From Candidatus Saccharimonadales bacterium (lineage in GTDB: Bacteria; Patescibacteriota; Saccharimonadia; Saccharimonadales; Saccharimonadaceae): a stretch of DNA of 64,000 bases. Below are positions 26,560 to 38,805 of the stretch, in pieces. The notes beneath the pieces were generated by a model that saw only the letters and a list, made by a program, of their open reading frames with translations, was not told the origin of the DNA and made no database searches. Made by a program: the position numbers and the translations under genes. The stretch spans positions 35,519 to 99,518 of the forward strand of contig JBAQQX010000003.1 in assembly GCA_049295575.1 (NCBI GenBank), written 5' to 3'. Each line of letters begins with the position of its first letter. The first letter of the stretch is position 1.

Positions 26560-26568
26560 TGCTAGAAT
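26560..26568 (+). promoter_or_regulatory. Extended -10 box for the DedA gene
   Basis: TGCTAGAAT. ATG 26572 is only 3 nt downstream, too close to be transcribed. ATG 26578 is 9 nt downstream. Confidence 0.45.
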
Positions 26569-26577
26569 GAGATGAGT

Positions 26578-27288
26578 ATGTTAGAACTAATTGCACACAA
26601 CCTTACCTTCGTCAGCGCGCTGCCCGGATTCGACCTTCAAGAACTTATTAAATGGGCTGGGCCAATTGGCGTTGCCGCTATTGTCTTCGCCGAAAGTGGC
26701 CTCCTTATCGGCTTCTTCCTACCTGGCGATAGTCTGCTATTTACGGCCGGTTTCTTGGTGCAGATCGGTGTCATGCCAATCAATATCCACCTCCTCGTCT
26801 TTATTCTATTTCTCGCAGCCGTTCTTGGCGACAATGTCGGCTACACTTTCGGCCGTCGTGTTGGACGAAAGCTGTTTGATCGTAAAAATTCCCGCCTCTT
26901 TAAGAAAGATCACCTTGAAAAGGCCGAGGCGTTCTACGAGAAGTACGGCAGTAAGACAATTATCATGGCGCGCTTTATTCCTGTCGTTCGCACCTTTGCT
27001 CCGATAGTCGCCGGTACTGCAAATATGCACTACAAGACTTTCGTTAGCTACAACATCATCGGCGGACTTCTCTGGGCAGCTGGCCTTACCTACCTCGGCT
27101 ACTTCCTTGGTGATGTCTTTACGAATCGTCTCGGTCTCGACATCGATCAGGTTATTCTCCCAGCCGTTGCGATCATTATTCTTATTTCGATAATGCCACC
27201 AATTATCCATATCCTCAAAGACAAAGACCAGCGTACCGCGCTATGGAGCGGCACAAAGAAGCAACTAGCCGTCCTGTTTAAAAAGTAG
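26578..27288 (+). CDS. DedA-family membrane protein
   Basis: Motifs ESGLLIGFFLPGDSLLF and ARF.PVVRTF.P..AG. The second ATG is preferred because of the -10 position; the track ORF starts at 26572. Confidence 0.85.
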   Translation: MLELIAHNLTFVSALPGFDLQELIKWAGPIGVAAIVFAESGLLIGFFLPGDSLLFTAGFLVQIGVMPINIHLLVFILFLAAVLGDNVGYTFGRRVGRKLFDRKNSRLFKKDHLEKAEAFYEKYGSKTIIMARFIPVVRTFAPIVAGTANMHYKTFVSYNIIGGLLWAAGLTYLGYFLGDVFTNRLGLDIDQVILPAVAIIILISIMPPIIHILKDKDQRTALWSGTKKQLAVLFKK

Positions 27289-27302
27289 AACTACCGGCTC
27301 AT

Positions 27303-27338
27303 AAAAAATACGCGACCAATATGGCCGCGTATTTTTTA
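27303..27338. terminator. Bidirectional terminator (DedA / uvrA)
   Basis: aaaaaatacgcgacc-aatat-ggccgcgtatttttt. Confidence 0.7.
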
Positions 27339-27362
27339 TAGAGTATTACTACTATAGATTGC

Positions 27363-30179
27363 TTACTTCAAGAGTGGCTTTAAGTACTTGCCTGTAAATG
27401 ATGCTGGGACCTTGGTAATCTCTTCTGGTGTTCCCTGAGCAACCACCACGCCACCACCCATACCGCCTTCTGGTCCCATGTCGATGACGTGATCGGCTGA
27501 CTTAATAACATCGAGGTTGTGCTCGATAATCACCATACTATTACCACCTTCAACAAGCTTCTGGAGAATACCGAGTAGACGTTTAACGTCCGCACTATGA
27601 AGGCCTGTTGTTGGTTCATCAAGAATATAGAGCGTTTTACCTGTTGCGCGGCGAGACAGCTCAGTCGCAAGCTTAATACGCTGCGCTTCACCGCCACTAA
27701 AAGTTGTGGCTGGCTGACCAAGACGAATATAGCCAAGACCGACTTCAACCAGTGTCGTTAGCTTGCGAGCAATCGATGGAACGTTTTCGAAGAATATCGC
27801 TGCCTGCTCAACAGTCATTTCGAGTACGTCGCTAATTGTCGAATCTTTATACTTAATCTCAAGCGCCTCGCGGTTATATCGCTTTCCATGACACTCGTCA
27901 CAGGTCACATAGACATCAGGCAAGAAGTGCATCTCAATCTTAATGACGCCGTCACCCTGACAATTCTCGCAGCGGCCACCCTTAACGTTAAAGCTAAATC
28001 GTCCAGCCTTATAGCCACGAATATTCGCTTCTGGCGTACCTGCGAAAAGCTCACGAATTGGAGTAAAGACACCTGTATACGTTGCAGGGTTTGAGCGCGG
28101 CGTTCGTCCGATCGCCGACTGATCGATAACAATCGCCTTATCTAGATGCTTGATACCTTCAATATTCTCATGCGCACCTGGGACAACGTGAGAACGATGT
28201 AGACGTGCCGATAGCTCTTTGGCAAGAATGTCGTTTACGAGCGTTGACTTACCGCTACCACTCACGCCGCTCACAACCGTAATTACGCCTAGCGGGAATG
28301 ACACATCAATATTCTTTAGGTTGTTTTCCGTAGCACCACGGATCACCAAATGACGATCCTTCACGACAGGACGACGCTTTTTAGGCACATCGATCTGTTC
28401 GGTGCCAGCCAAGTAGCGACCAGTAATACTGTCTTTATTTTTAGCTACTTCTTCTGGGGTACCCGCCGCCACGACATTGCCACCGGCAACACCTGCACCA
28501 GGACCAATGTCGAGCAGATAGTCGGCGTGACGGATTGTATCCTCGTCATGCTCAACGACAAGCACCGTGTTACCAAGATCGCGCAGACGCTTAAGGGTGC
28601 CGATAAGACGATCGTTGTCGCGCTGATGAAGGCCGATCGATGGCTCGTCAAGCACATACAAGACGCCCTGCAGACCAGATCCAATCTGTGTCGCAAGTCG
28701 GATGCGCTGAGCCTCGCCGCCCGAAAGAGTATTGGCCGCACGCGCGAGCTCAAGATAATTCAGTCCGACATTGCTCATAAAACCGAGACGAGCCGTAATC
28801 TCTTTCATGATCTGGCGAGCAATGAATAGCTCCTGCTCAGTCAGCTTTAATGTGTTCTCGAACAAATCGAGAGCATCATCGACACCAAGATTACAAATAT
28901 CCATAATACTCAGACCATGGACAGTTACTGCCAGCACTACTGGCTTCAGGCGAGCACCTTTACACGTGTGACATTGGCGCTCGCGCATAAAGCGCTCGAT
29001 GTCTTTGCGCATAAACTCGCTGTCTGTTTCTTTGTGGCGACGCTCAAGATTCGGGATTACGCCTTCATAGACCGACTCATACGTACGGCCACTACCAAGG
29101 TTTACGGTGTATTTCTGCGTACCAGTACCATAAAGCACCTTGTCTAGATCTTCTTTACTCAGCTCGCCGACAGGTACATTCGTACTAAAGCCGTGCGCTT
29201 CACCCACAGCAACCAGTCGCTTCATATACCAGGCATCGCTATTGACGCGGCTATACGGGCGAATTGCCCCTTCGGTGATCGTCAGGTTAGGATTAAACAC
29301 CAACCCAGGATCGACTTCGAGTCGGCTACCGAGCCCGGTACACACCGGACATGCACCTTGAGGCGCGTTAAAGCTGAATAGACGCGGCTCCAATTCGGGA
29401 ATATCTTCATTTGGATGATCAATACAGGCGTAGCGCTGGCTAAATATCGTAATGTCGTTTGACTCAGCGTCTAGAAGTTCAACCACGCCATCGGCAATCT
29501 CGAGCGACTGTTCAATTGACTGGGTCACACGACCAAGCACATCCGCACTCATGACAATACGGTCAACGACGATCTCAATATTGTGCTTATAACTCTTTTG
29601 CAGTGTCGGGAACTCATCAAGTGAATACACGACTCCGTCGACACGCGCACGCGCAAATCCTAATCGGCGATATTGTTCAGGAATATGTGCAAACTCGCCT
29701 TTTTTATCTTTGACGATCGGCGCCAAGATCATCAGGCGAGTCCCCTCGTCTATCTTCATGATCTCATCAATAATTGCCTGTGGCGTACGACGAGAAACTT
29801 CTTTACCACACACCGGACAGTGAGGCACGCCAATACGCGCAAACAAGAGACGCATATAGTCATAAATTTCAGTAACAGTCGCAACGGTTGAACGCGGGTT
29901 GCGGCTGGTAGATTTTTGATCGATCGAAATGGCCGGACTCAGCCCGTCGATCGATTCAACATCGGGCTTGTCCATAATGCCCAGGAACTGACGCGCATAG
30001 CTACTGAGACTTTCAACGTAGCGGCGCTGCCCTTCAGCGTAGATAGTGTCAAATGCAAGCGATGACTTACCGCTTCCAGATAGTCCCGTGATCACGACTA
30101 ACTTATCGCGCGGGATATCAACGCTAACATTTTTTAGATTGTGCTCACGAGCACCGGTAACACGAATAAACTCTGGCAT
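27363..30179 (-). CDS. uvrA: Excinuclease ABC subunit A
   Basis: 938 aa with two ABC ATPase modules ([18 protein letters not shown], two LSGGE.QR signatures) and zinc-finger Cys clusters. Confidence 0.97.
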   Translation of the reverse strand: MPEFIRVTGAREHNLKNVSVDIPRDKLVVITGLSGSGKSSLAFDTIYAEGQRRYVESLSSYARQFLGIMDKPDVESIDGLSPAISIDQKSTSRNPRSTVATVTEIYDYMRLLFARIGVPHCPVCGKEVSRRTPQAIIDEIMKIDEGTRLMILAPIVKDKKGEFAHIPEQYRRLGFARARVDGVVYSLDEFPTLQKSYKHNIEIVVDRIVMSADVLGRVTQSIEQSLEIADGVVELLDAESNDITIFSQRYACIDHPNEDIPELEPRLFSFNAPQGACPVCTGLGSRLEVDPGLVFNPNLTITEGAIRPYSRVNSDAWYMKRLVAVGEAHGFSTNVPVGELSKEDLDKVLYGTGTQKYTVNLGSGRTYESVYEGVIPNLERRHKETDSEFMRKDIERFMRERQCHTCKGARLKPVVLAVTVHGLSIMDICNLGVDDALDLFENTLKLTEQELFIARQIMKEITARLGFMSNVGLNYLELARAANTLSGGEAQRIRLATQIGSGLQGVLYVLDEPSIGLHQRDNDRLIGTLKRLRDLGNTVLVVEHDEDTIRHADYLLDIGPGAGVAGGNVVAAGTPEEVAKNKDSITGRYLAGTEQIDVPKKRRPVVKDRHLVIRGATENNLKNIDVSFPLGVITVVSGVSGSGKSTLVNDILAKELSARLHRSHVVPGAHENIEGIKHLDKAIVIDQSAIGRTPRSNPATYTGVFTPIRELFAGTPEANIRGYKAGRFSFNVKGGRCENCQGDGVIKIEMHFLPDVYVTCDECHGKRYNREALEIKYKDSTISDVLEMTVEQAAIFFENVPSIARKLTTLVEVGLGYIRLGQPATTFSGGEAQRIKLATELSRRATGKTLYILDEPTTGLHSADVKRLLGILQKLVEGGNSMVIIEHNLDVIKSADHVIDMGPEGGMGGGVVVAQGTPEEITKVPASFTGKYLKPLLK

Positions 30180-30187
30180 AACGCCTA

Positions 30188-30196
30188 ATTATACCA
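30188..30196 (-). promoter_or_regulatory. Extended -10 box for uvrA (leaderless-type spacing)
   Basis: TGGTATAAT on the minus strand, 8 nt before ATG 30179. No SD. Confidence 0.55.
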
Positions 30197-30235
30197 TGTT
30201 TTCATGGTCACTTTCCACCACCCAGACAATGAAAG

Positions 30236-30276
30236 AGCCCCGGCCCTCCCTGCAGACGCAAGGTGGGTCGGGGGCT
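30236..30276 (-). terminator. GC-rich imperfect hairpin after the lipoprotein gene
   Basis: agccccggccc / gggtcgggggct with one bulge, followed on the minus strand by CTTTCATT. Confidence 0.4.
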
Positions 30277-30302
30277 GCTCTCGAGTTGCCACGTGGGCCA
30301 GA

Positions 30303-30707
30303 TTAGAACTCACGGAGTAACGCTTTTACTCTATCGGGTGTTGTCACCCAATAAAATTCGTCACCTTTCTCTGTTGGACGTAATTTTGCATCCACACCCG
30401 TCGTCTTGTCGTCTCCAAGCACCCGCATGGCCTCGTCGCGAGTCAGCGGCAAGCCATTTGGCTTTTTCGTCCAGTCGGCTTCAATCTGATCTCCGATCAG
30501 CGTGAAATTGGGCTCATCGACCAAGATGAAAACAATGATACGCTCATCAGCGTACCTGACCATCGAATAGTTCTGGGCAACAGAAGCAACAGATACATTC
30601 TCAGTCTGCGTCTGGGTCGAAGGGGTGTCCTGGACAGCCGGAGCACTCGTGCACCCAACCATCGCAACAAGAACGGTAACGGCAAGCAAGGTACGTACGC
30701 ACTTCAT
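30303..30707 (-). CDS. Hypothetical lipoprotein (134 aa)
   Basis: Signal peptide ending in the lipobox-like LVAMVGC, followed by a Ser/Thr/Gln-rich linker. Confidence 0.6.
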   Translation of the reverse strand: MKCVRTLLAVTVLVAMVGCTSAPAVQDTPSTQTQTENVSVASVAQNYSMVRYADERIIVFILVDEPNFTLIGDQIEADWTKKPNGLPLTRDEAMRVLGDDKTTGVDAKLRPTEKGDEFYWVTTPDRVKALLREF

Positions 30708-30851
30708 CGTGAGTTCTCATTTCTCGAAAGGTCTAACCGTGTGCTAGACAGTGCAATTATGCCCGCGGACTTCTATTCTGTCAATCTATGATGCTTATCG
30801 TTGCATATTGTCACCGAGGTTACTATAGTACTAACAGTTGAGAACTTATCT

Positions 30852-31142
30852 ATGAAAAAATCTATTATTATCACCAGTAGCATCATTCTTTGTACCGTTA
30901 TTTTAGCGGAATCTGGCGTATTTAGTGCGTTGGCTATGTTCGTACTTATGGGTCAGATTCCAGGCACAAGCTACAGTGTTCCTGCCTCTACTATGCTAGC
31001 CCTCGTAAGCATCACTGCAGCTCTTGTTGTCGTACGATTTATTGCCATAAAAACACGACACAGCGTCGCAATCCGTCGCCTCATAAAGACACACCTTGCT
31101 CATAAGGCACGTATGCCACGTCGCCGTTTTGGCCAAATCTAA
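30852..31142 (+). CDS. Small two-TM membrane protein with basic C-terminus (96 aa)
   Basis: MKKSIIITSSIILCTVIL... Start taken at ATG 30852. Its stop overlaps the sbcB stop, convergently. Confidence 0.45.
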   Translation: MKKSIIITSSIILCTVILAESGVFSALAMFVLMGQIPGTSYSVPASTMLALVSITAALVVVRFIAIKTRHSVAIRRLIKTHLAHKARMPRRRFGQI

Positions 31143-32581
31143 ACTTCGTCGCTACTATCTTGATCGGACATATCAATAGGTAGGATACTCTCTGCCCACA
31201 GTTGCAGTTCCTGAAGAATGAATTGTTTAGCATCATCCTGTTCTGTAGCTGCGATCGCCTGTAGAGATTTCATAAAGCTCGGTAATTGCTTAGTAATACG
31301 AGCACTGCGCCATGCTTCCCAAGTACGAGCTTCGTCTTGGCTAAGAGTCTTTGCAAAATTTCGTGCTTTGTAATGAAGTAGCAGTGGCTCAAGTCGCTCA
31401 TCACTAAAGGACGGATGGAAATCAGCTAACTCGCGTTCACTCGCATTTCGAACCGATTCGATATACAGGTGATCACGATCGCCCACGAAGCCGTCATAAA
31501 GCTGCGCCTCGACATCGGCAGATTTAGCAAACTCCGCTCGGTTCTCAAATAAACTGCGGATATTTTCGGCAAAATGAGGAGCGGCCAGTAGTGCCGACTT
31601 GTGCTTTTCGATCGTCGCTTGATCTATGTGAATACGGCTCCAGCCATCAGCCTGCTCAAGGACGCCAAGAGGGGCAACTGCCGGCACGCGGTTATACTGC
31701 AGCTCATTAATTGGAAGTTTTATAAAGCCATCTGTCTGACGCTCTTCCCATGATGCGTAGAACTTCTTCTTTAGCTCATCAGGACTCAAGTTCACTACCT
31801 GAGCTGGATCGTAGCGCAGGTCATAGACGACCACGCTGCCATTCTTTCCTGCAGTAAGCGGGAATGCCACAGTCGTCTTGTCGTGTTCGGCATCATAGCG
31901 GCCATTCGTATAGACGAACGGCTTTTTATCATCAAGATTAACGAGCTTCTTTACTTCCGACTTGTCGCGAAGTTTTAGAAGATACTCGTAGAGCTGCGGC
32001 TGTTTTTCTTTAATGAGCTTCGTCACGGCAATCAATGCCTCAACATCGCTCAGCGCATCGTGCGCTTTAAAATGATCAATACCATTTTCTTTCGTAAGCA
32101 GCTCAAGGCGATTGGTTGCCTTGCCGTCAACCACTGGCCAGACGATGCCGTCTGGACGAAGAGCACGGGTCATACGAACGACGTCCAGCAAGTCCCAGCG
32201 CGACCGACCGTCTTTCCAGCTCCACTCGTAAGGGTCGTAAAAATTACGCCACAGCAAATGACGGACAAACTCATCATCAAAGCTAACACTATTAAAGCCG
32301 GTTGCGATCGTATCTGGTGTAAACACCTCATCGATTAGCAGTTTGGCAAACTCCGCTTCGCTATAGCCATCTGCAACCGTTTCTTGCGGCGTGATCCCTG
32401 TTACCATTAATGCCTCTGGGCTTGGCAGAGTATCATCATTAAGCCGTACGAGCACATTGTACGGCTCTCCAATCGGATTTAGGTCCATATCTGTGCGAAT
32501 ACCAGCAAATTGCATAATACGCGCATCGCGAGCGCTCAAGCCGGATGTTTCAAGGTCGTAGAAAAAGAATGTCTTAGGCAT
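31139..32581 (-). CDS. sbcB: Exodeoxyribonuclease I
   Basis: DEDDh motifs FYDLETSG and HDALSDV, plus the ExoI SH3-like and C-terminal helical domains. Confidence 0.9.
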   Translation of the reverse strand: MPKTFFFYDLETSGLSARDARIMQFAGIRTDMDLNPIGEPYNVLVRLNDDTLPSPEALMVTGITPQETVADGYSEAEFAKLLIDEVFTPDTIATGFNSVSFDDEFVRHLLWRNFYDPYEWSWKDGRSRWDLLDVVRMTRALRPDGIVWPVVDGKATNRLELLTKENGIDHFKAHDALSDVEALIAVTKLIKEKQPQLYEYLLKLRDKSEVKKLVNLDDKKPFVYTNGRYDAEHDKTTVAFPLTAGKNGSVVVYDLRYDPAQVVNLSPDELKKKFYASWEERQTDGFIKLPINELQYNRVPAVAPLGVLEQADGWSRIHIDQATIEKHKSALLAAPHFAENIRSLFENRAEFAKSADVEAQLYDGFVGDRDHLYIESVRNASERELADFHPSFSDERLEPLLLHYKARNFAKTLSQDEARTWEAWRSARITKQLPSFMKSLQAIAATEQDDAKQFILQELQLWAESILPIDMSDQDSSDEV

Positions 32582-32588
32582 TATACCT

Positions 32589-32597
32589 AGTATAACA
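32589..32597 (-). promoter_or_regulatory. Extended -10 box for sbcB (leaderless-type spacing)
   Basis: TGTTATACT on the minus strand, 7 nt before ATG 32581. Confidence 0.5.
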
Positions 32598-32640
32598 GTT
32601 ATTGCTTTATAGCCGTGACCAACGGCGTAGCATTAAGCGA

Positions 32641-33981
<1,341 letters not shown>

Positions 33982-34016
33982 TTAACAGAGGCGATTGATA
34001 AACGGCCAGATTGACC

Positions 34017-35210
34017 CTAGTGAACGTAGTTAAATGAGGCAGCAGAACCGGCTGGAATCGTACGTGAACTTACGACGTTATTGCCTATGAAGTTCATTTC
34101 CGAAACAGTTACATCACCGTTAGCGCTAATGCTCTCGACGACAGCAACGTGTCCGTAACCACCACCACCGCTGGATGTCTGCAAGACAGCACCGACAGCT
34201 GGCGTATGGTTTACGAGGTAGCCCGCAGAACCGAGTGTTGAGGCCCATGAGTAGGCGTTACCAAGCACCATGCCTGGAAGCGGACGACCGATAGCCTGGC
34301 GACGCTCCCATGCGTACCATGTACACTGTCCATAGTAATTCTTATTACCACCAGATGTACCTGCACTGTTTACGTACATGAAACTACCGTTTCCTGTGTA
34401 TGATGCGTATGAATAGCCGTAATTGAAGCTCTGTGATGTTGTCACCTGACGTGGTGCAACGTATCCAGGGCGTTCTGTCTCAGGAAGCTGTCCATCAGGA
34501 ACGATAATCTGAAGACCCGTACTGATGTTAGATAGCTCAAGGTCGTTAAAGAGGATGATACGTGCTGTATCTGATTTATACTTCTCAGCGATTGACTCAA
34601 GCGTATCGCCATCCTTTACGGTATAAACAACACCGTCAGTCGATGGGATAATAAGTGACTTGTTAGGCTCGAGTAGATCTGATGTGAGGTTATTTGCCCA
34701 CTTAATCGTTTCGTTACGAAGACCATACTGCGCAGCGACAAGATCAACTGTGTCAGATGCTTTTGTAACATAGGTTTTCATACCACGGCTTGATGAGGTA
34801 GGCTGAACGATTTGTGCCTTGCTAAGAAGTGTGTCGTCAGATTGTGAAAGATCATCTTTCTGGGTCATCGTAACAGACAGGTTGGCAAGAATTGGGGCAA
34901 CTGGCATGTCAGTTGTCTCTGCAAGATTAGCAGCGAGATTTACAGCGACCATCTCATCTACAGATGGAGCGCTTGATGATACGACAGGAGGGGGCGTTAC
35001 TGCACTAGATACACCGGTAGCGTTCGCCAGCTCGTCATATGACTGTGGCGGACGGTAGCCAACGGCAACCAATGAGATAACTAAAAGAAATACGCCGGTG
35101 TAGGCAGCAACTGTGCTCGACTTTGGCATACCCTTGGTCTTACGACCTTTACGGTGTTGGGCAAACACCTGCTGCTTTAGGGCAACTGTTGATGAGTGAG
35201 ACGAACTCAC
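34017..35210 (-). CDS. Secreted peptidoglycan hydrolase: two LysM repeats plus a C-terminal CHAP domain
   Basis: LysM repeats YVTKASDTVDLVAAQYG and YTVKDGDTLESIAEKY. CHAP motifs YGQCTWYAWERR and GHVAVVES. Start is GTG 35210, or ATG 35129 immediately before the TM anchor. Confidence 0.85.
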   Translation of the reverse strand: MSSSHSSTVALKQQVFAQHRKGRKTKGMPKSSTVAAYTGVFLLVISLVAVGYRPPQSYDELANATGVSSAVTPPPVVSSSAPSVDEMVAVNLAANLAETTDMPVAPILANLSVTMTQKDDLSQSDDTLLSKAQIVQPTSSSRGMKTYVTKASDTVDLVAAQYGLRNETIKWANNLTSDLLEPNKSLIIPSTDGVVYTVKDGDTLESIAEKYKSDTARIILFNDLELSNISTGLQIIVPDGQLPETERPGYVAPRQVTTSQSFNYGYSYASYTGNGSFMYVNSAGTSGGNKNYYGQCTWYAWERRQAIGRPLPGMVLGNAYSWASTLGSAGYLVNHTPAVGAVLQTSSGGGGYGHVAVVESISANGDVTVSEMNFIGNNVVSSRTIPAGSAASFNYVH

Positions 35211-35527
35211 TGCATTCTGATGATTACGAATTATCGTTCTCCTGCCGCTCGTATTACTACAAGGGCGTCTACCTTACTTTGTCTTTCTTCTCGCAAATAG
35301 AACGGGGTACGTTGTCGACCGATTATTTAATTAGTATTAGGTAAAAAGTTCTTTTCGGTACCCGTGCGACATTTATTGGCAGGCTCATTCATGATTCACA
35401 CTTCCCACTCGCGCATGCAGTCGTTGACTGACATTTAGTAGCTGAAGTCATAAATGTGCTTATATAAGTGTATCAATTGTTGTAAAATAAGTCAATTTAT
35501 TTTATAAAATGTTTATTTTGTCAAATA

Positions 35528-36763
35528 CTACTCCATTGCACACTTTACAGTACAGTGATCGACAATATTCTTCTCATGCTCTTCATTAGTGCGAGCATAG
35601 TAAGTAACGTCATCATCGCCACTCAAGAAGTAGACATAATCACCTTCGGTTGGCATGGCAACTGCCTGTAGCGCCGTCAAGCCTGGCGTTGCAATCGGCC
35701 CCGGAGGAAGTCCTACTTTAATGCGAGTATTATATGGTGACTCGACAGCCACAGTACGCGGCACACCTAGTTTATCTGCACCGTAATACGCAGTGATGTC
35801 AGAGCCAAGCTCCATACCTTCGCGGTAGCGTTTCAAAAATATCTGCGCAACTTGCTTTTGGTCAACTGCGTTCGGCACCTCTCTCTGAATGATTGAGGCC
35901 ATAATAATCCCTTGATAAAGATTCAGTCCCTGTGATTCGATACCGGGGATAATACCATCTGCATCAATAGCAGCGTAGAATTCATCAAAAGTACGCTGCA
36001 AGATCTGCTTAACCGTACTGCCAGCAGAGAACGTATAGGTTTCTCCGTAGATATACCCCTCAAGGTCGGCAGAGGCAGGCTTATCGCGAAACAGCGGCGA
36101 ATCCTGCTCAGTATATTGCTGAGCGAATGCTGACTCAATCTCAGATTGCTCATAGCCAGCAGCTAAGAATACTTTCTTATTCTCCGTTACGGTTGCGCCA
36201 GGGAGGAAGGTAATTGAGAATTGATCTGTCTTACCAGCGACAAGATGATCGACAATTGCAGCTGTTGATTCATGCGGGGATAGGCTGAATGTTCCCGCTT
36301 GTAGTTTATTACGTGTACCGCTTAAACGGGTATAGACTTCAAATGCCGTCGTATTTCTAATTACCTTTTCGCTAGCAAGCAGTGATCCAATCTCATCAGG
36401 TGTCGTACCCCTCTCAATGGTTACACGTACACGACTGACATTCTCGTCACTTGATACAGGAGAAAGCTCGTGCTGGTACCAGGCAAACGCAGCAATACCA
36501 GCAAGAGCAAGTAGCACAAGAAGACTTGTAAGAATAAGAGCTATCCGCTTGCCGAGCGACATTGAGCGTTTCGGAGCAATCGCCAGTGGCTGCGGTTGAG
36601 TTGGCTCGGGCGTGCCCACCGGCTGCAGAGGCTGAGATGGCTGATCTACCTGAGGGGCTATTGTTACCGGCGCCGGAGCTGGTCGTTGCTGCAGAGGACG
36701 CGGATTTTGAGGCACCTGAGGAGCCTGTGGTCGCTGTCGGTTTGGTGGCAAAATGTCATTCAT
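35528..36763 (-). CDS. mltG: Endolytic murein transglycosylase MltG (YceG-like) with Pro/Gln-rich N-terminal tail
   Basis: TM anchor plus YceG motifs (ASIIQ.E, YNTR...GLPPGPI..PG..AL.A). Confidence 0.9.
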   Translation of the reverse strand: MNDILPPNRQRPQAPQVPQNPRPLQQRPAPAPVTIAPQVDQPSQPLQPVGTPEPTQPQPLAIAPKRSMSLGKRIALILTSLLVLLALAGIAAFAWYQHELSPVSSDENVSRVRVTIERGTTPDEIGSLLASEKVIRNTTAFEVYTRLSGTRNKLQAGTFSLSPHESTAAIVDHLVAGKTDQFSITFLPGATVTENKKVFLAAGYEQSEIESAFAQQYTEQDSPLFRDKPASADLEGYIYGETYTFSAGSTVKQILQRTFDEFYAAIDADGIIPGIESQGLNLYQGIIMASIIQREVPNAVDQKQVAQIFLKRYREGMELGSDITAYYGADKLGVPRTVAVESPYNTRIKVGLPPGPIATPGLTALQAVAMPTEGDYVYFLSGDDDVTYYARTNEEHEKNIVDHCTVKCAME

Positions 36764-37179
36764 GCGAGCTGCTCCAAATAATCTTGTAGGATAATTGCCG
36801 CCGCTTGGGCATCAATATCACCTTTTGTATAGGGTTTTTTGTAGCTTTTGAGTCGCTCTTCAGCAATCACACTTGTTAGTGATTCATCCTGAAAGATCAC
36901 CTCGGCAATATCGGTCAGCTGACGTGCAAAGTCTTCAACGTACGCCGTCTGAGCAGTTGTCTCACCCGACTGGTTGCGCGGGTAGCCCACGATAATTGCG
37001 TCTGCCGATTCAGTTACCGCGAGACGCGCTATTTCTTTTACTTCACTGCCGTCCACTTCAATCGTCTCAAATGGCACGGCTAGTCGTATACTATCGTCTC
37101 CAACAGCTGTACCGATACGCTTTTCACCAACATCGAGACAGAGAAACGAACGCTTATGACTCATTGAGCTTGAATTCAA
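36760..37179 (-). CDS. ruvX: Holliday-junction-resolvase-like nuclease RuvX (YqgF)
   Basis: LCLDVGEKRIG.AV.D start and DES.TS motif. ATGA overlap with mltG. Confidence 0.88.
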   Translation of the reverse strand: MNSSSMSHKRSFLCLDVGEKRIGTAVGDDSIRLAVPFETIEVDGSEVKEIARLAVTESADAIIVGYPRNQSGETTAQTAYVEDFARQLTDIAEVIFQDESLTSVIAEERLKSYKKPYTKGDIDAQAAAIILQDYLEQLA

Positions 37180-38803
37180 CGTTCACTTTATTAACATCGT
37201 TTGGAACGACTGTCACCCAGAATGGCCAGAACTTTACATCAACATCGCGTACGCCTTGAATTGATTCAATCTGTGACTGCACATCACCGTAGCGTTTACC
37301 TTTAGACTGCTCCTTAACCGCTGCATCCTCGATATTTGGACCAATCTTGCCAGTCCCGCTCAGTAGTACGGTTGAGCCAGCATCTGATACATTAAACTGC
37401 GCGAAGGTTACTTTATCGCTGCCGTTCTCATAGACACGCTGATCGCCCTTGCTGTCGAGTTGCTTCTTGAGTCCAGCGTCAAGGTACGTATTGAGGTCTG
37501 CTTTTGTAATACCAAGCAATGTGTACGTCACTTCACTCGTTAGCTTAGATTTGCCAGTCGCTTCCTGGTCAACGGCAGGCACTGAGGTTGGTGCAGCCTG
37601 AGATGCAGTGTAGCTCTGATCAATCACTGTCACGTCCTGGCTAAAGGCCTGTCGCAACTGGTCTTTGACAGTATCGTCTTTTTGCTCAGCAAGTTTCGTT
37701 GCTGCCGCCTGAATATCGCTCGCCGTCACGACCTTTACTTGCCGCTTTGTTCCGCCAGTCATATTGCTTCCCTGTCCGCTATAGCCAGCGATTGATGATT
37801 GGTAGGCACGTGCAGAGAGGTTATATTCTTCCCCAATGTCAGCTGCTCGAACGCCAGCCGTTGCAGAACCTGCCACGAGGCTTGTGCCTTGGATAGCTGA
37901 AGGTGGTATTGTCACTGCTTCGGTTGTCATAAAGGTGTATCCACCGCTGCTAAAGCCTGTACCCGCTGGGATGGTCGATGAAGAATCAGATACACCAGAA
38001 CGTGTAATCTTCATTGTACCAGTAGCTTTTTCGCCTACGTCTTTCGTACCAGTCGCATCGAAATCAACACTGAGTTGTTTCTTTTGTTGCTGAACGAGAG
38101 CGTGAACACGGCTAGCGGCAAAGTTCGTCTCCGCTGCTGGATCAAGCGTGACCTTTTCACTTACTGTCGTTGCCGTCGTCTGGGCGGTGATCACCACTGT
38201 CGCACGTGGAGCAAACCAAATCGCCCATATCAAAAAGGCAAGTAATAGGACGCCGCCCGCAATAATGAGGAAGAATTTCTTACGGAAGGAATTAAAGTTT
38301 GGTACTTTTTGATTCGATTTCTTCACGTTCGGTCGCGCTGCAAGTACAGCCGCACTTGGCACGGCACGTTTTGTAAATGCTTCTTGCTTATTAATATCAC
38401 CAACAGCCTTATCGAGTGCTGCATCTTTTGAAGACGGCTGATTATCAGCCGTACGCGCCAAGTCACCAACAGGTAGACTCGAGCCATCAATAACGTCCTC
38501 GCCATCGTCAATATCAAGCGCGGTAATCTCGGCTAGCTCTGGCTTGCTTTGTAAGTTGCGAGCAACGGGAATCTTCGCCGCAGCTGCAAGAGCAATCAGC
38601 GCTTGGTTGCTCGTAATAAGCACGAGTCGCTTATTATTCGTGTCAGCCGTTCGGCCGATCAAACGAAGATTAACTGCACTTTGAAGAACGCCAACGCGCT
38701 TTGGTGGTACAAGAGCAACAATTTTTTGTTGGGCGTTTTTTACCTTGCCAATAATGGCGGTGATATCGTCCTCGACATCAATGTAAATAACATCTTTATT
38801 CAT
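37154..38803 (-). CDS. Conserved-looking hypothetical single-pass membrane protein (549 aa)
   Basis: Cytoplasmic ~85-aa N-domain, an acidic linker, a TM helix (FFLIIAGGVLLLAFLIWAIWF) and a ~350-aa Thr/Ala/Ser-rich extracytoplasmic part. It starts 2 nt after ftsA and overlaps ruvX by 26 nt. Confidence 0.6.
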   Translation of the reverse strand: MNKDVIYIDVEDDITAIIGKVKNAQQKIVALVPPKRVGVLQSAVNLRLIGRTADTNNKRLVLITSNQALIALAAAAKIPVARNLQSKPELAEITALDIDDGEDVIDGSSLPVGDLARTADNQPSSKDAALDKAVGDINKQEAFTKRAVPSAAVLAARPNVKKSNQKVPNFNSFRKKFFLIIAGGVLLLAFLIWAIWFAPRATVVITAQTTATTVSEKVTLDPAAETNFAASRVHALVQQQKKQLSVDFDATGTKDVGEKATGTMKITRSGVSDSSSTIPAGTGFSSGGYTFMTTEAVTIPPSAIQGTSLVAGSATAGVRAADIGEEYNLSARAYQSSIAGYSGQGSNMTGGTKRQVKVVTASDIQAAATKLAEQKDDTVKDQLRQAFSQDVTVIDQSYTASQAAPTSVPAVDQEATGKSKLTSEVTYTLLGITKADLNTYLDAGLKKQLDSKGDQRVYENGSDKVTFAQFNVSDAGSTVLLSGTGKIGPNIEDAAVKEQSKGKRYGDVQSQIESIQGVRDVDVKFWPFWVTVVPNDVNKVNVEFKLNES

Positions 38804-38805
38804 AA

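Noticed and set aside
30200-30300. GC-rich structured stretch considered as an SRP (4.5S) RNA or other ncRNA
   Set aside because: An AGCAGCC-like string is present, but the GGAA tetraloop and the conserved helix-8 loops are not. It lies directly after the lipoprotein stop, so it is most simply an imperfect terminator hairpin.
35211-35527. cyclic-di-AMP (ydaO-type) riboswitch upstream of the cell-wall hydrolase
   Set aside because: Only a vague GGGAAGTGTGAATC resemblance. The conserved ACGGGG/CCCGA...CAGCTAACCTCGTAAGCG-type elements are not recognisable. Kept only as a long-leader observation.
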